Part shown: positions 12,629 to 22,800 of the stretch, piece after piece
Position numbering within the stretch: position 1 is the first letter of the stretch
Layout: each line of letters begins with the position of its first letter
NCBI GenBank assembly: GCA_963772725.1
Contig: CAVYYI010000003.1
Coordinates: 800,001 to 864,000 of the forward strand
From: an uncultured Phycisphaerales bacterium
GTDB taxonomy: Bacteria; Planctomycetota; Phycisphaerae; Sedimentisphaerales; Anaerobacaceae
Direction of reading: 5' to 3'
Length of the DNA: 64,000 bases
The notes under the pieces: generated by a model
Database searches by the model: none
What the model was told of the DNA's origin: nothing
Seen by the model: the letters and a program-made list of their open reading frames with translations, nothing else
Translations under genes and position numbers: made by a program

Positions 12629-12952
12629 TTGAGAAAGGAAGTACGAATTATGACACAACACAGACACTTTGGCAAAGATTTCAAGGCAAAAGTTGCAATT
12701 GAAGCCATCAAGGGCGAAAAGACCATCAACGAGATAGCCTCTATGTATGAGGTTCATCCCAACCAGGTCAGCCAGTGGAAGAAGCTGGCTCTTGAGAAGC
12801 TGCCCGAGGCAATGGCAGACGGCAGAGGTAAGGATGTTCGTCAGAGCCAGCCAGTAGATGAGGAAAAGCTTCATCAGAAGATAGGTCAGCAGGCTATCGA
12901 GATTGATTTTTTGAAAAAAAAGTTGCGTCAATTGGGACTGCTCAACGAGTAG
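12629..12952 (+). CDS. IS3 transposase OrfA (HTH)
   Basis: FKAKVAIEAIKGEKTINEIASMYEVHPNQVSQWK. Confidence 0.93.
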   Translation: MRKEVRIMTQHRHFGKDFKAKVAIEAIKGEKTINEIASMYEVHPNQVSQWKKLALEKLPEAMADGRGKDVRQSQPVDEEKLHQKIGQQAIEIDFLKKKLRQLGLLNE

Positions 12953-12954
12953 AA

Positions 12955-13884
12955 ATGATAGAACATAACAATAGACAAATCAGTATCCGCCGGCAGTGCT
13001 GTCTGCTTGATATCAATCGCAGCAGGCTGTATTACCATGCAGAGTCTATTGAGCAGGAAAATCGTAAAGTAATGGACTTTATTGACAGGGAGTTTACCGA
13101 GCATCCTTTTACAGGTATCGACAGGATGGCAGAGTTTTTATACAGGAAGCACAAGCTTATTGTCAATCACAAGCGGGTTCGCAGGCTTATGCGTAAAATG
13201 GGTTTAATGGCCTTATATCCCAGGCCCCGCACAAGCTGTCCTGCTGCTGTTTATATCAAATATCCCTGCCTTTTGAATACTATGGCGATAGATGTTACCG
13301 ATGCTGTCTGGTGTTCGGATATTACGTACATTCGGCTCAAAGGCGGCTTTATGTACCTTGTGGCGATAATGGATTACTACAGCAGATATGTATTAAGCTG
13401 GTCTGTATCGAACAGTCTGGAGTCTCTGTTTTGTATAGATGCACTGGATGAGGCGTTGTCAAAATCCCGGCCGCTGATATTTCATTCGGATCAGGGCAAA
13501 CAATACACCAGCACAAAGTTTTTGGATACGTTGAGGGCTGGCGATATTCGAATCAGTATGAGCGGTAAGGGTCGTTGTTTCGATAACATACTGGCGGAGC
13601 GATTATGGCGGACGGTCAAATATGAGGAGGTCTATTTGAAGGAATACAGCGATGGGCATGATTTGATAAAATCGCTGAGGCGGTATTTTGATTATTACAA
13701 CAATGACAGGCCGCACAGCAGCTTGGATTATAAGACACCTGCGGAAGTATATTTTAAGGAGCTGACCGCCGATTCGCTTCGCTGTGCTTGCTTTGGAGCT
13801 GCGCTACGCGAATCGGCTGGCACAGAGAAAATCGGCACAACTTACACCAAATACAAGGACAAAATTGGTCTTGACAATGGGTAG
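12955..13884 (+). CDS. IS3 transposase OrfB (rve DDE)
   Basis: WCSDITYI, HSDQGKQY, DNILAERLWRTVKYE, RPHSSLDYKTP. Confidence 0.95.
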   Translation: MIEHNNRQISIRRQCCLLDINRSRLYYHAESIEQENRKVMDFIDREFTEHPFTGIDRMAEFLYRKHKLIVNHKRVRRLMRKMGLMALYPRPRTSCPAAVYIKYPCLLNTMAIDVTDAVWCSDITYIRLKGGFMYLVAIMDYYSRYVLSWSVSNSLESLFCIDALDEALSKSRPLIFHSDQGKQYTSTKFLDTLRAGDIRISMSGKGRCFDNILAERLWRTVKYEEVYLKEYSDGHDLIKSLRRYFDYYNNDRPHSSLDYKTPAEVYFKELTADSLRCACFGAALRESAGTEKIGTTYTKYKDKIGLDNG

Positions 13885-13903
13885 GGGTTCAAAGGATAAT
13901 AAA

Positions 13904-14452
13904 TTGGCCACACAAAAAGAAAAAAAATTACTTCATATCAGTACTTTTTTAACACTTACTTTGATTTTTTTTGCTGTTATTGGATTAACGTGGATAATTG
14001 ACACCAGAAACGCGGATAGATTTTTAAGATTCTATCAAAACAACTCTGGATTATTTTTATCTTTTATTTTAATGGCAATGCTTGTTATAAGTGTATCATC
14101 CCATTTTTTGGTCTTATTGATTTTAAAGATGTTTAACAGCAAACAGCCTGATGGTACGGTTGTTAATCTGAAAAACGATAAAATTGCAATTTGGTCTTTT
14201 AATATCAGTGTGATTTCCTTGGTTTTTTATATTTTTCCGATGTGTGCCTTAATACCACCGATTTTACCAATTATAAGTATGATGTTAGGGATAACCTCTC
14301 TTTCCTTGCAAAAAATTAAAAAATTCCAATATGCGAGATGGATTCCCGCACTTTTTGGAATAAAGCTAAGCCTTATATCAATTTCGCTCTGGATCATTAA
14401 CTGGGCATTTGTAGACGTAGGTCTTTTTAATCCGTTTCCCACACCTGACTGA
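13904..14452 (+). CDS. Hypothetical membrane protein
   Basis: Hydrophobic ORF; likely TTG start just outside the IS end. Confidence 0.55.
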   Translation: MATQKEKKLLHISTFLTLTLIFFAVIGLTWIIDTRNADRFLRFYQNNSGLFLSFILMAMLVISVSSHFLVLLILKMFNSKQPDGTVVNLKNDKIAIWSFNISVISLVFYIFPMCALIPPILPIISMMLGITSLSLQKIKKFQYARWIPALFGIKLSLISISLWIINWAFVDVGLFNPFPTPD

Positions 14453-14697
14453 TTTGTATAACCCGCACAGCCAAAAGCATCGGTGTGGCCAGTGTGGCTG
14501 GTGATTTGCTATTAATTATAAAATTTATTCATTCTTTGCTCCGCGCTAAGTATAATAATTAATTAGATTTCTCTGGGTACACTGGGTACAAAGATTCTGT
14601 TTGTGATGAACTTTCCGTGTCTGCCTGACGCAGTCCGACATAAACCCATTCTCGTTTTTCTCTGCCACCGGCAGAAACGCCCTTGCAGGTTGCGGCA

Positions 14698-15548
14698 TTA
14701 TTGCTTTTTCAGCATATCGCTGAGGCGTTCGAGTTCCCCTTTTTTCATGTGGTAGCTGTGGTTGGAGTCTGGAAATGCTCCGGCGATGACATCTTTGGAG
14801 TAATTTGTGAAGGCCTTGATTGTGCTGTCGGCTAAAGAGCCATAGCTTTTTACGAATTTGGGGGCTGTTCCCTGTGTTAGTCCGAGAATATCGGGGGCAA
14901 CTAATATCTGCCCGTCGCAATTACCCCCTGAGCCGCAGCCGATTACAGGTATGTTAAAGCGTTTTGTGATTATTTCAGAAACCTCGGCGGCGGTTCCCTC
15001 GAGTAAAAGGGCACTTGCGCCGGCCTCGACCATCTGGTCAGCGAGATTAATAAGCTCTAAGGCCATCTCTGCGGTTGTAGCCTCAGCCTTGAAATGGCCG
15101 ATTTTGTTGATACTTTGCGGTCTTATACCGATATGTGCCATAACAGCCATACCCGCGTCGCTAACCGCTTTAATTACATCGAGATATGGCCTGCTGGCCT
15201 CGATTTTTACCATTTGCACGCCCGATTCGGTAAAGAAACGCCCCGCGTTTTTGACTGCCTCGCTTATACCAAGCTGGTAAGACAGGAAGGGCATATCAGC
15301 GACAAGGCAAAGGTTTGGCGCTCCACGTCTCACAGCGGCGGTTATCGTAACCATAAAATCCATAGTCGCGGGCAGTGTCGAATCAAAGCCCAGCATTATC
15401 TGGGCGGCAGAATCGCCCACAAGTACGACCTGAATATCCGTCTGTGAAACCAGTTTAGCGGTGGTGAAATCGTAACAGCTAACCGCCGCTATTTTGCGAT
15501 TTTGTGCTTGGCGTCAGCTAAATCAGCTATTGTAATCTGTGTTTTCAT
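14698..15548 (-). CDS. panB: 3-methyl-2-oxobutanoate hydroxymethyltransferase, frameshift near 5' end
   Basis: VGDS, VADMPFLSY, VKIE, HIGIRPQS, CDGQILV motifs. Confidence 0.95.
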
Positions 15549-15784
15549 AATATTGGGCTCTTACTGACGAAAAAAATAACAGCCTTTTAGTTAAAATCAA
15601 AAGAACAAACCTTATGTTACAAACGTAAAGTATCTCGGTTTTTGAGCCTAAAAGCGGGCTATTTGTTAAAAATAACAAAAAAAACAGCTTATTGCCATTA
15701 AAAAGTTGACTTTAGTGCGAAAAAAAACGTATATATGAAAGGTTATTTTGTAAAGAAAACTTGGCGCCTATGTACGATAATAAA

Positions 15785-15890
15785 TCTTGTGAGGATGCTG
15801 AAAGGCGGAGAATACAAAAATGTCTCTTAAAGCTTTTCATCACCCTCCTCCGAAGCCAGATTCTTCTTTTGGAATCTGGCTTTTTTATTT
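15785..15890 (+). ncRNA. Candidate small RNA or leader with intrinsic terminator
   Basis: Long hairpin 15791-15847, CCCTCCTCC, then terminator aagccagattc/gaatctggctt plus T-run. Confidence 0.4.
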
Positions 15891-15980
15891 GGCCTTTTGT
15901 AAAAGTAATTGGGCAATTTTGCCTATCTTCACAAAAACCTGATAATTGACAGCTTTCAGAAAAAAAGTTAAGTTATTCTT

Positions 15981-16793
15981 ATGACTGGCGTTTTCCAAAT
16001 CCTGTTTTGTTTTTTGGGGGTTATACTGTTTTCCGGCTGTGTCCATCCAGAGCAGGATGACACAAAAGCATTGGAAGGCGTCAAAATAGGCGACTTGGCG
16101 CCGCCTGCCGGCAGTATAGATAAGCCGCAGTTCGAACGGCTCAAAACAATTGATTTCGATATTTATGTTGTTGAAATACCTGTCAAAAAAATCGCTGATT
16201 TCAATAGTATTTGTCAGAAGCTTTCTATGGAGGCGATTAGGTTTACAAATTATGACATTTTCAAATCGAACTGCTTTGCCGCGGGTTTTGGAGCCCCTAT
16301 GCAATGGGACCCAACAACAAATAAGCTCCGCAACGCGGGGTGCAAAATCGGAGAAACTATCTCACTGCTTTTGTCTAACGGCCAGGCAAGCGATGTGGCC
16401 ATCACAGATTTAAGGGCAAAGCAGGACATTTTTTATGTTTCAGGCAGCGGCGGTATTGAGGGTGTTACTCTTGGTCCGGGCAATCTCGCAATTCGAATAA
16501 GAGCGGTCAAAGCTTACAATTCGAGCCGCGTATGCAGCGTCGATATTCAGCCCGTTTTTGCCACTTCCGCGAGCAATCCTCTGTTAGACACAATATATCG
16601 GCGAAAAAACCATGGATTTGTCTTTGTCCCTCTGGGCATTAAATCAAAAATGAGAACAGGTGATTTTATTCTCATCGGGCCTGAACAATATACCGCAGAC
16701 CAGACAACATTAGGGGGATTATTTTTCTATAAAGCCGCTAAAACTCCGATGTTAAAAGCATATCTAATCGTTTGTAAACATATTACTGATTAA
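15981..16793 (+). CDS. Hypothetical lipoprotein
   Basis: Signal peptide with lipobox FSGC. Confidence 0.75.
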   Translation: MTGVFQILFCFLGVILFSGCVHPEQDDTKALEGVKIGDLAPPAGSIDKPQFERLKTIDFDIYVVEIPVKKIADFNSICQKLSMEAIRFTNYDIFKSNCFAAGFGAPMQWDPTTNKLRNAGCKIGETISLLLSNGQASDVAITDLRAKQDIFYVSGSGGIEGVTLGPGNLAIRIRAVKAYNSSRVCSVDIQPVFATSASNPLLDTIYRRKNHGFVFVPLGIKSKMRTGDFILIGPEQYTADQTTLGGLFFYKAAKTPMLKAYLIVCKHITD

Positions 16794-16800
16794 TTAACGC

Positions 16801-17769
16801 ATGCCTAATCCCACAGTAACATTAACAAGATGCAGCAGCTACCGCGGGAAAGCAATTTCCACCGCGATTCAAAAACAGTTTGAGCTTCTCGGCGGTATGG
16901 AAAAATTTATATCCAGAGGCGATAGTGTTCTTCTTAAACCAAATTTAATTGCGCCCAAACCCCGCGATTGCGCCGCGCAAACCGACCCCGTCGTAATTAT
17001 CGAAACCGCTAAATTACTCTTCGATTTCGGCGCAAAGCCTTTCGTGGGAGATTCGCCCGCGTGGGGCAGCGTCTTTAGCTGCGCAAAAGCGCTTGAGCTG
17101 GATGAGCATTTGAAAAAAATAGGTGTGCCGCTAAAGCAGTTGAATAAACCGATAAAATGCCGGGTAGGGACACGCGGTACTCTGGTTGGGATAAGCTCTG
17201 TAGCGCTCGACGCGGACGTCATCATAAATCTGCCGAAATTCAAATCGCATCAGCAGTTGACAGCTACTTTCGCGGTTAAAAATATGTTCGGCTGTGTCAG
17301 CGGAAAGCAAAAAGCCATCTGGCATTTTAAAAAAGGCAGAAAACCCAGTGATTTTTGCAAACTGCTGATTGGGATTTACGAATATCTCGGCCCGGCGTTA
17401 ACCATAATTGACGCCGTTACGGTAATGGACGGCCCAGGGCCTATAAGCGGCAGGGCAAGACCCCTGGGCTGGTTAATCGGAGGCACAGACCCCGTAGCGT
17501 GTGAAACGATATGCTGCAGACTCATAAATATAAATCCTGACGACCTGCCAATTATCAAAACCGCCAAAAAAATGGGGATGGACCGAACCGATTTTCAGAA
17601 AATAACGATTTTAGGAAGCCGTTTTCCTAAAAAAATATGTACTGACTTTGAACCGGCGGTACTTATCCCATTAAGGTTTTCATTTTTGCGAATCTGCAAA
17701 AGTATCTATAAGCAAATCGTAATGCTCACCAAATCAGCTATCAGTAAACGAATTACCAAACAGATTTGA
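16801..17769 (+). CDS. DUF362 domain protein
   Basis: VLLKPNL, GDSP, INLPKFKSH, TFAVKNMFG, DGPGPISG, DPVACE. Confidence 0.9.
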   Translation: MPNPTVTLTRCSSYRGKAISTAIQKQFELLGGMEKFISRGDSVLLKPNLIAPKPRDCAAQTDPVVIIETAKLLFDFGAKPFVGDSPAWGSVFSCAKALELDEHLKKIGVPLKQLNKPIKCRVGTRGTLVGISSVALDADVIINLPKFKSHQQLTATFAVKNMFGCVSGKQKAIWHFKKGRKPSDFCKLLIGIYEYLGPALTIIDAVTVMDGPGPISGRARPLGWLIGGTDPVACETICCRLININPDDLPIIKTAKKMGMDRTDFQKITILGSRFPKKICTDFEPAVLIPLRFSFLRICKSIYKQIVMLTKSAISKRITKQI

Positions 17770-17884
17770 TGCCCTCAGACAAAAACCTTGCAACTGGAAG
17801 CCTTTTGCATTACAGTTGTCGCGGGTGATGGGCAGGCTGAAAATAGTGTACCGCCATTTTGGGAGGTTTTGCGAAAGGGTTTTT

Positions 17885-19022
17885 ATGTTCGGGAAAAAAA
17901 TTTATCTGTTCAAGATACTCGGCTTCAGCGTCAGCATTGATGTAAGCTGGTTCATAATAGCGATATTTATTACATGGTCGCTGGCAAAAGAGGTGTTTCC
18001 CGTATATTTTAAAGACTTGCCAACGCAAATGTACTGGTGGATGGGGGCTATTGGTGCCATTGGTCTGTTTGCTTCAATTATCTTTCACGAGCTTTGTCAT
18101 TCCATAGTGGCCAGGCTGTTCGGCCTGCCGATGCGGGGAATAACGCTGTTTATTTTCGGGGGCGTCGCTGAAATGAGCGATGAGCCGCCGGGGCCTTTAG
18201 CGGAATTTCTGATGGCAATAGCAGGCCCGATATCAAGTGTTGTGCTAAGTGCGTTTCTGTACGTCGTTTATATATTGGGGGGAATTGCGCAATGGCCGAT
18301 TTTTGTAAGAGGGGTTATTGTTTATTTAGCCGGCTTGAACTTAGTCCTGGCGATTTTCAATATGGTTCCCGCCTTCCCGCTCGATGGCGGGCGCGTGCTG
18401 CGTTCGATTCTCTGGGGAATAAAGAAAGATCTTCAGTGGGCGACGAAGGTTTCCAGTATGTTCGGCCGGTGGTTCGGTATGTTTTTGATGGCGGTTGGAT
18501 TTATAGAGTTTCTCAATAAAGACTTTTTCGGCGGTGTTTGGATGTTCTTAATCGGAACATTTGTAAAAAGAGCATCGGAAATGTCATATCAGCAGGTTTT
18601 GATACGCAACAGTTTTCAGGGGGAACCTGTCAGTCATTTCATGATAACTAATCCCGTAACTGTCGAGTCGTTTACACCTATTGATGAACTGGTTCGAGCG
18701 GTATTTCTATAAGTATCATTTCAGGATGTTCCCAGTTGTAAATGGAAACTTGCTTGCCGGCTGCGTTACCCCGAAACAGGTTTCCTCGGTGCCAAAGGAA
18801 CAATGGCATCAGCATACTGCCGGCGAAATTACAGTTCCCTGTTCGACCGAAAATACTATCACGCCCGAGACGGATGCCGTCAAGGCGCTTTCACTAATGA
18901 ACACGACAGGCAACAGTCGTCTGATGGTTATTGAGAACGGCAGGCTCGTGGGTATTGTTACGCTAAAAGACATGCTGAAATTTCTTTCGCTTAAGGTCAA
19001 TTTTGGTGGTATCCATAATTAG
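17885..19022 (+). CDS. Site-2 protease (M50) with C-terminal CBS pair, one frameshift
   Basis: HELCH, AGP, FNMVPAFPLDGGRV; CBS domains in ORF 18681-19022. Confidence 0.92.
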
Positions 19023-19116
19023 TCGGGCCGCTGTTTTAGGTTCTCGCGTAAAGCGTACCAAATTTTCTTGCAATATTTACCGTAAAATAATAAGATACCT
19101 TAGAGAAAGCAATCTG

Positions 19117-19191
19117 GGGCGGTTAGCTCAGATGGTTTAGAGCGCCTGCTCGACACGCAGGAGGTCGTAGGTTCGAGTCCTATACCGCCCA
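19117..19191 (+). tRNA. tRNA-Val(GAC)
   Basis: Acceptor GGGCGGT/ACCGCCC, D arm, anticodon arm cctgc-tcGACac-gcagg, T loop GTTCGAG. Confidence 0.95.
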
Positions 19192-19199
19192 TTATTTGT

Positions 19200-19236
19200 A
19201 AGCCCTTGCAATTCAATGAGTTGCAAGGGCTTTTTT
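19200..19236 (+). terminator. Intrinsic terminator after tRNA-Val
   Basis: aagcccttgcaa / ttgcaagggctt plus T-run. Confidence 0.8.
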
Positions 19237-19355
19237 AGTTTAGGAAGAAGGGTGTTTTCCTTCCAAAATGCCCTTGAGCGTAAATCTTTAGTGTGTTCCC
19301 AGTGTGTCGCCAGTGTGTAGTCTGATTATATGCCAAAATAACCCACTTAAGTCCA

Positions 19356-19414
19356 TAATTGACAAGAACTTATAATTGGAGTTCCTTTTCGACACGCAGG
19401 AGGTCGTAGGTTCG
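19356..19414 (+). repeat. att-like copy 1: conserved flank plus 26-bp tRNA-Val segment
   Basis: tcgacacgcaggaggtcgtaggttcg identical to tRNA 19150-19175. Confidence 0.9.
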
Positions 19415-19629
19415 GGCTGACCTGGTTGGGATGAACCTCATACATAGAGGCTATCTCGTTGAGGGTCTTCTCACCCTTGATGGCTTCAATTGCAACTTTT
19501 GCCTTGAAATCTTTGCCAAAGTGTCTGTGTTGTGTCATAATTCGTACTTCCTTTCTCAATCCATAATCCGATAGAATTATACCACAACTTACACCTTATA
19601 TACTGGTCCGATTTTGGGGGAGTATTATA
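19415..19629 (-). mobile_element. Truncated copy of the IS3 element (left end plus orfA 5' part)
   Basis: Near-identical reverse complement of 12559-12773. Confidence 0.92.
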
Positions 19630-19661
19630 ACACATCCATTCTTTCCCCAGAAGCCTGACAT

Positions 19662-19800
19662 TATAGCAATTAAAGAAAATATGTAACCTTACACAGTCCG
19701 GTTGTTAAGAAGTAGAGCAACTTTGCTAGATTCGTAGCCACTACTTATCCGCAAAAATTAGGATAAGTGGTACGGCTATACTTTTTCTTGCATTGCTATA
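19662..19800. mobile_element. MITE family A, copy 1 (~140 bp, TA target)
   Basis: TA-tagcaat...attgcta-TA ends; second copy at 56565-56704. Confidence 0.85.
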
Positions 19801-19899
19801 AAGCAAAGTCTATGAAATCTATGTTTTGATCTTTGTCCAGATTGCCTCCATCGCATTTAGGTGTAGCTATACCCTCTCATCGCTGCTAATCATGCGATT

Positions 19900-22800
19900 T
19901 CAAATGGGCATACCCACTTCTACGACAGCATAATGTTCTATGCGATCATCCATAAGATGGATTTTCTTATCTTGCTGTTCAATATTATCAAGCAGCACGC
20001 GTTGCACTTTCCATGTATCTGGGCCTGTCTTTATAATTCGAATATGGAAGAAAGTGTTGCGGTAGCAGTAATGTAAAGTATATTCGTTCCACTGTTCTGG
20101 CAGAAGCGGCGAAAAAGACAGCGTATCCACCTCCACCCGAAGTCCTAACAGATGCTCGATCAAGAGCTGATACATCCACCCGGCAGAGCCGGTATACCAT
20201 GTCCATCCACCCCTGCCCTCGTGCCCGACAGCCGAATACACATCTGCCGCCATAACGTAAGGCTCGACTTTGTATACTGATGCAGTTTCCGGAGAATCGG
20301 CACGGTGAATAGGATTCAGCATCGAAAATAATCTCCATGCTTGCTCAGCATTGTGGGTACGGGCAACAGCGATAGCAGCCCAAATCGCGGCGTGAGTGTA
20401 CTGCCCGCCGTTTTCTCGCAGACCTGGAACATAGCCACAAATGTAACCGGGATCCATTGCCGTCCCATCAAATGGCGGATACAACAAACGTATCGTACGG
20501 GTTTTGGGGTCGATGAGGCTATTCAGCGCGGCCTGCAGTGCCTGATTGGCCTTTTGCTGATCGACCGCACCACTCAGTATCGCCCAGGCTTGCGGCAACA
20601 AGTCAATGCGGCATTGGTTGTTTTGTGCTGAACCTAAGGGACTTCCATCATCAAAAAACGCCCGCAAATACCATTTACCATCCCATGCGTTGGTCTCAAT
20701 CTTGTCCCGCAGACTTTTTGCGTGCGCAAGACATTTCTCGGCATACTCATTATTACCTCGCTGTCGGGCCAGAGCTTCGAATGATCGGAGAATGTCGTAT
20801 AAGAAAAATGCCAGCCAGACGCTCTCACCGGAACCCTTGTGGCCAACCCGGTTCATCCCGTCGTTCCAGTCTCCCGACCCCATTAGGGGCAGTCCATGAG
20901 AGCCATACCGCATAGCGTGATTCAGTGCGCGAACGCAGTGGTCATAAACGGAAGCCGACTTTTCTGAAACTTGCGGCATACCATAATGGCTTTCCTCCGC
21001 CGGATCCAGGGGAGTTGCATCGAGAAACGGAATCTGCTCATCCAATACACCGGTGTCACCCGTCACAGCAACATAGCGACATGCAACATAGGCCAGCCAG
21101 AGGTAGTCGTCCGAGATGCGCGTGCGCACGCCTCGCCCTGAAGGAGGATGCCACCAGTGCTGGACATCTCCCTCGCGGAACTGTCGGCTGGAGCATGTCA
21201 GCAGATGCTGGCGTGTAAGCCAGGGACACTCGTATAAAAAGGCCAGAGAATCCTGCAGTTGGTCGCGAAAACCAAATGCCCCTCCGGATTGATAATATCC
21301 GCTGCGTCCCCAAAAACGGCAGGCCAGTGTCTGGTACAACAGCCAGTGATTGACCAGCAGGTTCACCGAGGCATCGGGCGTTTCCACATGAATCCCGCCC
21401 AGGTTGTGTTTCCACATATCCCAAACATCTTCCAGAACACATCTGGCACCATTGACACCACTGTTCTGTGCCAAAAAAGTACGTGCCTGTTGTTCACTAT
21501 CCGCTGCACCGAGCACAAATACAACCTGGATTTGCTCGCCTGGCGGAATTTCCACATACGCCTGAATGGCCCCACACGGATCGCCGCCTGTGCCTACGTG
21601 ATTGGATAGACTCACTTCCCGCATTGCCGCGGGTGAATCCAGGGAACCGTTACGTCCCAGAAACTCAGTCCGAGAAGTCGTTAATGTCCGTTGAGGATGG
21701 CTGCAGTTGAAAAAAGCCACAGATTTATTAAAGTCTGCTTTGAAAGTATTCCAGGCAAATATCGCACCGGTTTGTGAATCCAGCCGATTTACGACATACA
21801 TTGAGTGCCGTGCGCGGCTTTCGCCCAAGACCCATTCGACATAACCGGTCAGACTCAGCTTGCGGGTTCGGTTCGAAAGATTCCGAAGTGTTATGGTTGT
21901 AAACTTAAGGGGTGCCGATGGCGATACATAAGTAAAGACTTCAGAGAAGATACGCTCTTCTTTGTGTTCAAAAGCAGAATATCCTAATCCATGGCGTGAA
22001 ACATAGGATGTTCGACCTCGAGTCGGCCATGGTGTTGGCGACCAGAATCTGCCTGTTTCCTCATCACGGATATAGAAGGCCTCGCCGCTTATGTCACCAA
22101 CAGCATCGTTATACCATGACGTTAGCCGAAATTCATGCGCGTTCTGATACCAGGTATATGCCCCTCCTGATTCGCTGATGACAGATCCAAAACCCGGGTT
22201 TGCCAGAACATTGGCCCATGGCGCCGGCGTGACTGACCCCGGCGCAGAATAATTACATATTCCCTGCCGTCATGAGTAAATCCACCCCAGCCGTTAAAGA
22301 ACAGAAGTTCACGATGGGGTGTATCAGCGACATCATCGCTGGATAAATTTTCTTCCGGCTTGCGCGTTGGCTTTAGTAAAGGCATGTTAAATTTGGGTAT
22401 TGCGTGCCTTTCCAGATGTTCAGCCAAAGTGCCAACGCGGTCGCTCAGTACTATTCGACTTATTGCGCGAATCAACATACGATCCTCTTCTGGAACCTGT
22501 TCGATGTTCCGCACAAATATTCCAGCAGGCTGATTGAGAGATTTGGCCTCGAGACTGGCGTTTATCAGACCGACAATCGCATCCATAAGATTTTGGCGGT
22601 ATCCCATGTACGCTTCACACAGGATGACCAGATCAACTCGAACTCCCTTATTGCGCCAATATGAGTGCGCTTTAAGCACCTGTCGAACGAGGTCTATCCC
22701 CGCAAGGTCAGACACTCGAAGAGTTACTATGGGCAAATCACCGGATATACCGTATGCCCAAAGATCTGATTGACCTTTGCGATTGCGTGCAATCAGGCTG

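Larger units (their letters stand above)
12559..13891 (+). mobile_element. IS3-family element
   Basis: orfA+orfB, imperfect terminal IRs (tataatactccccaaaaatcggacca / tggtcttgacaatgggtaggggttca), AAG duplicated on both flanks. Confidence 0.92.

Noticed and set aside
19360..19376. TTGACA...TATAAT as a promoter in the att flank
   Set aside because: The spacer is far too short; more likely part of the recombination site.
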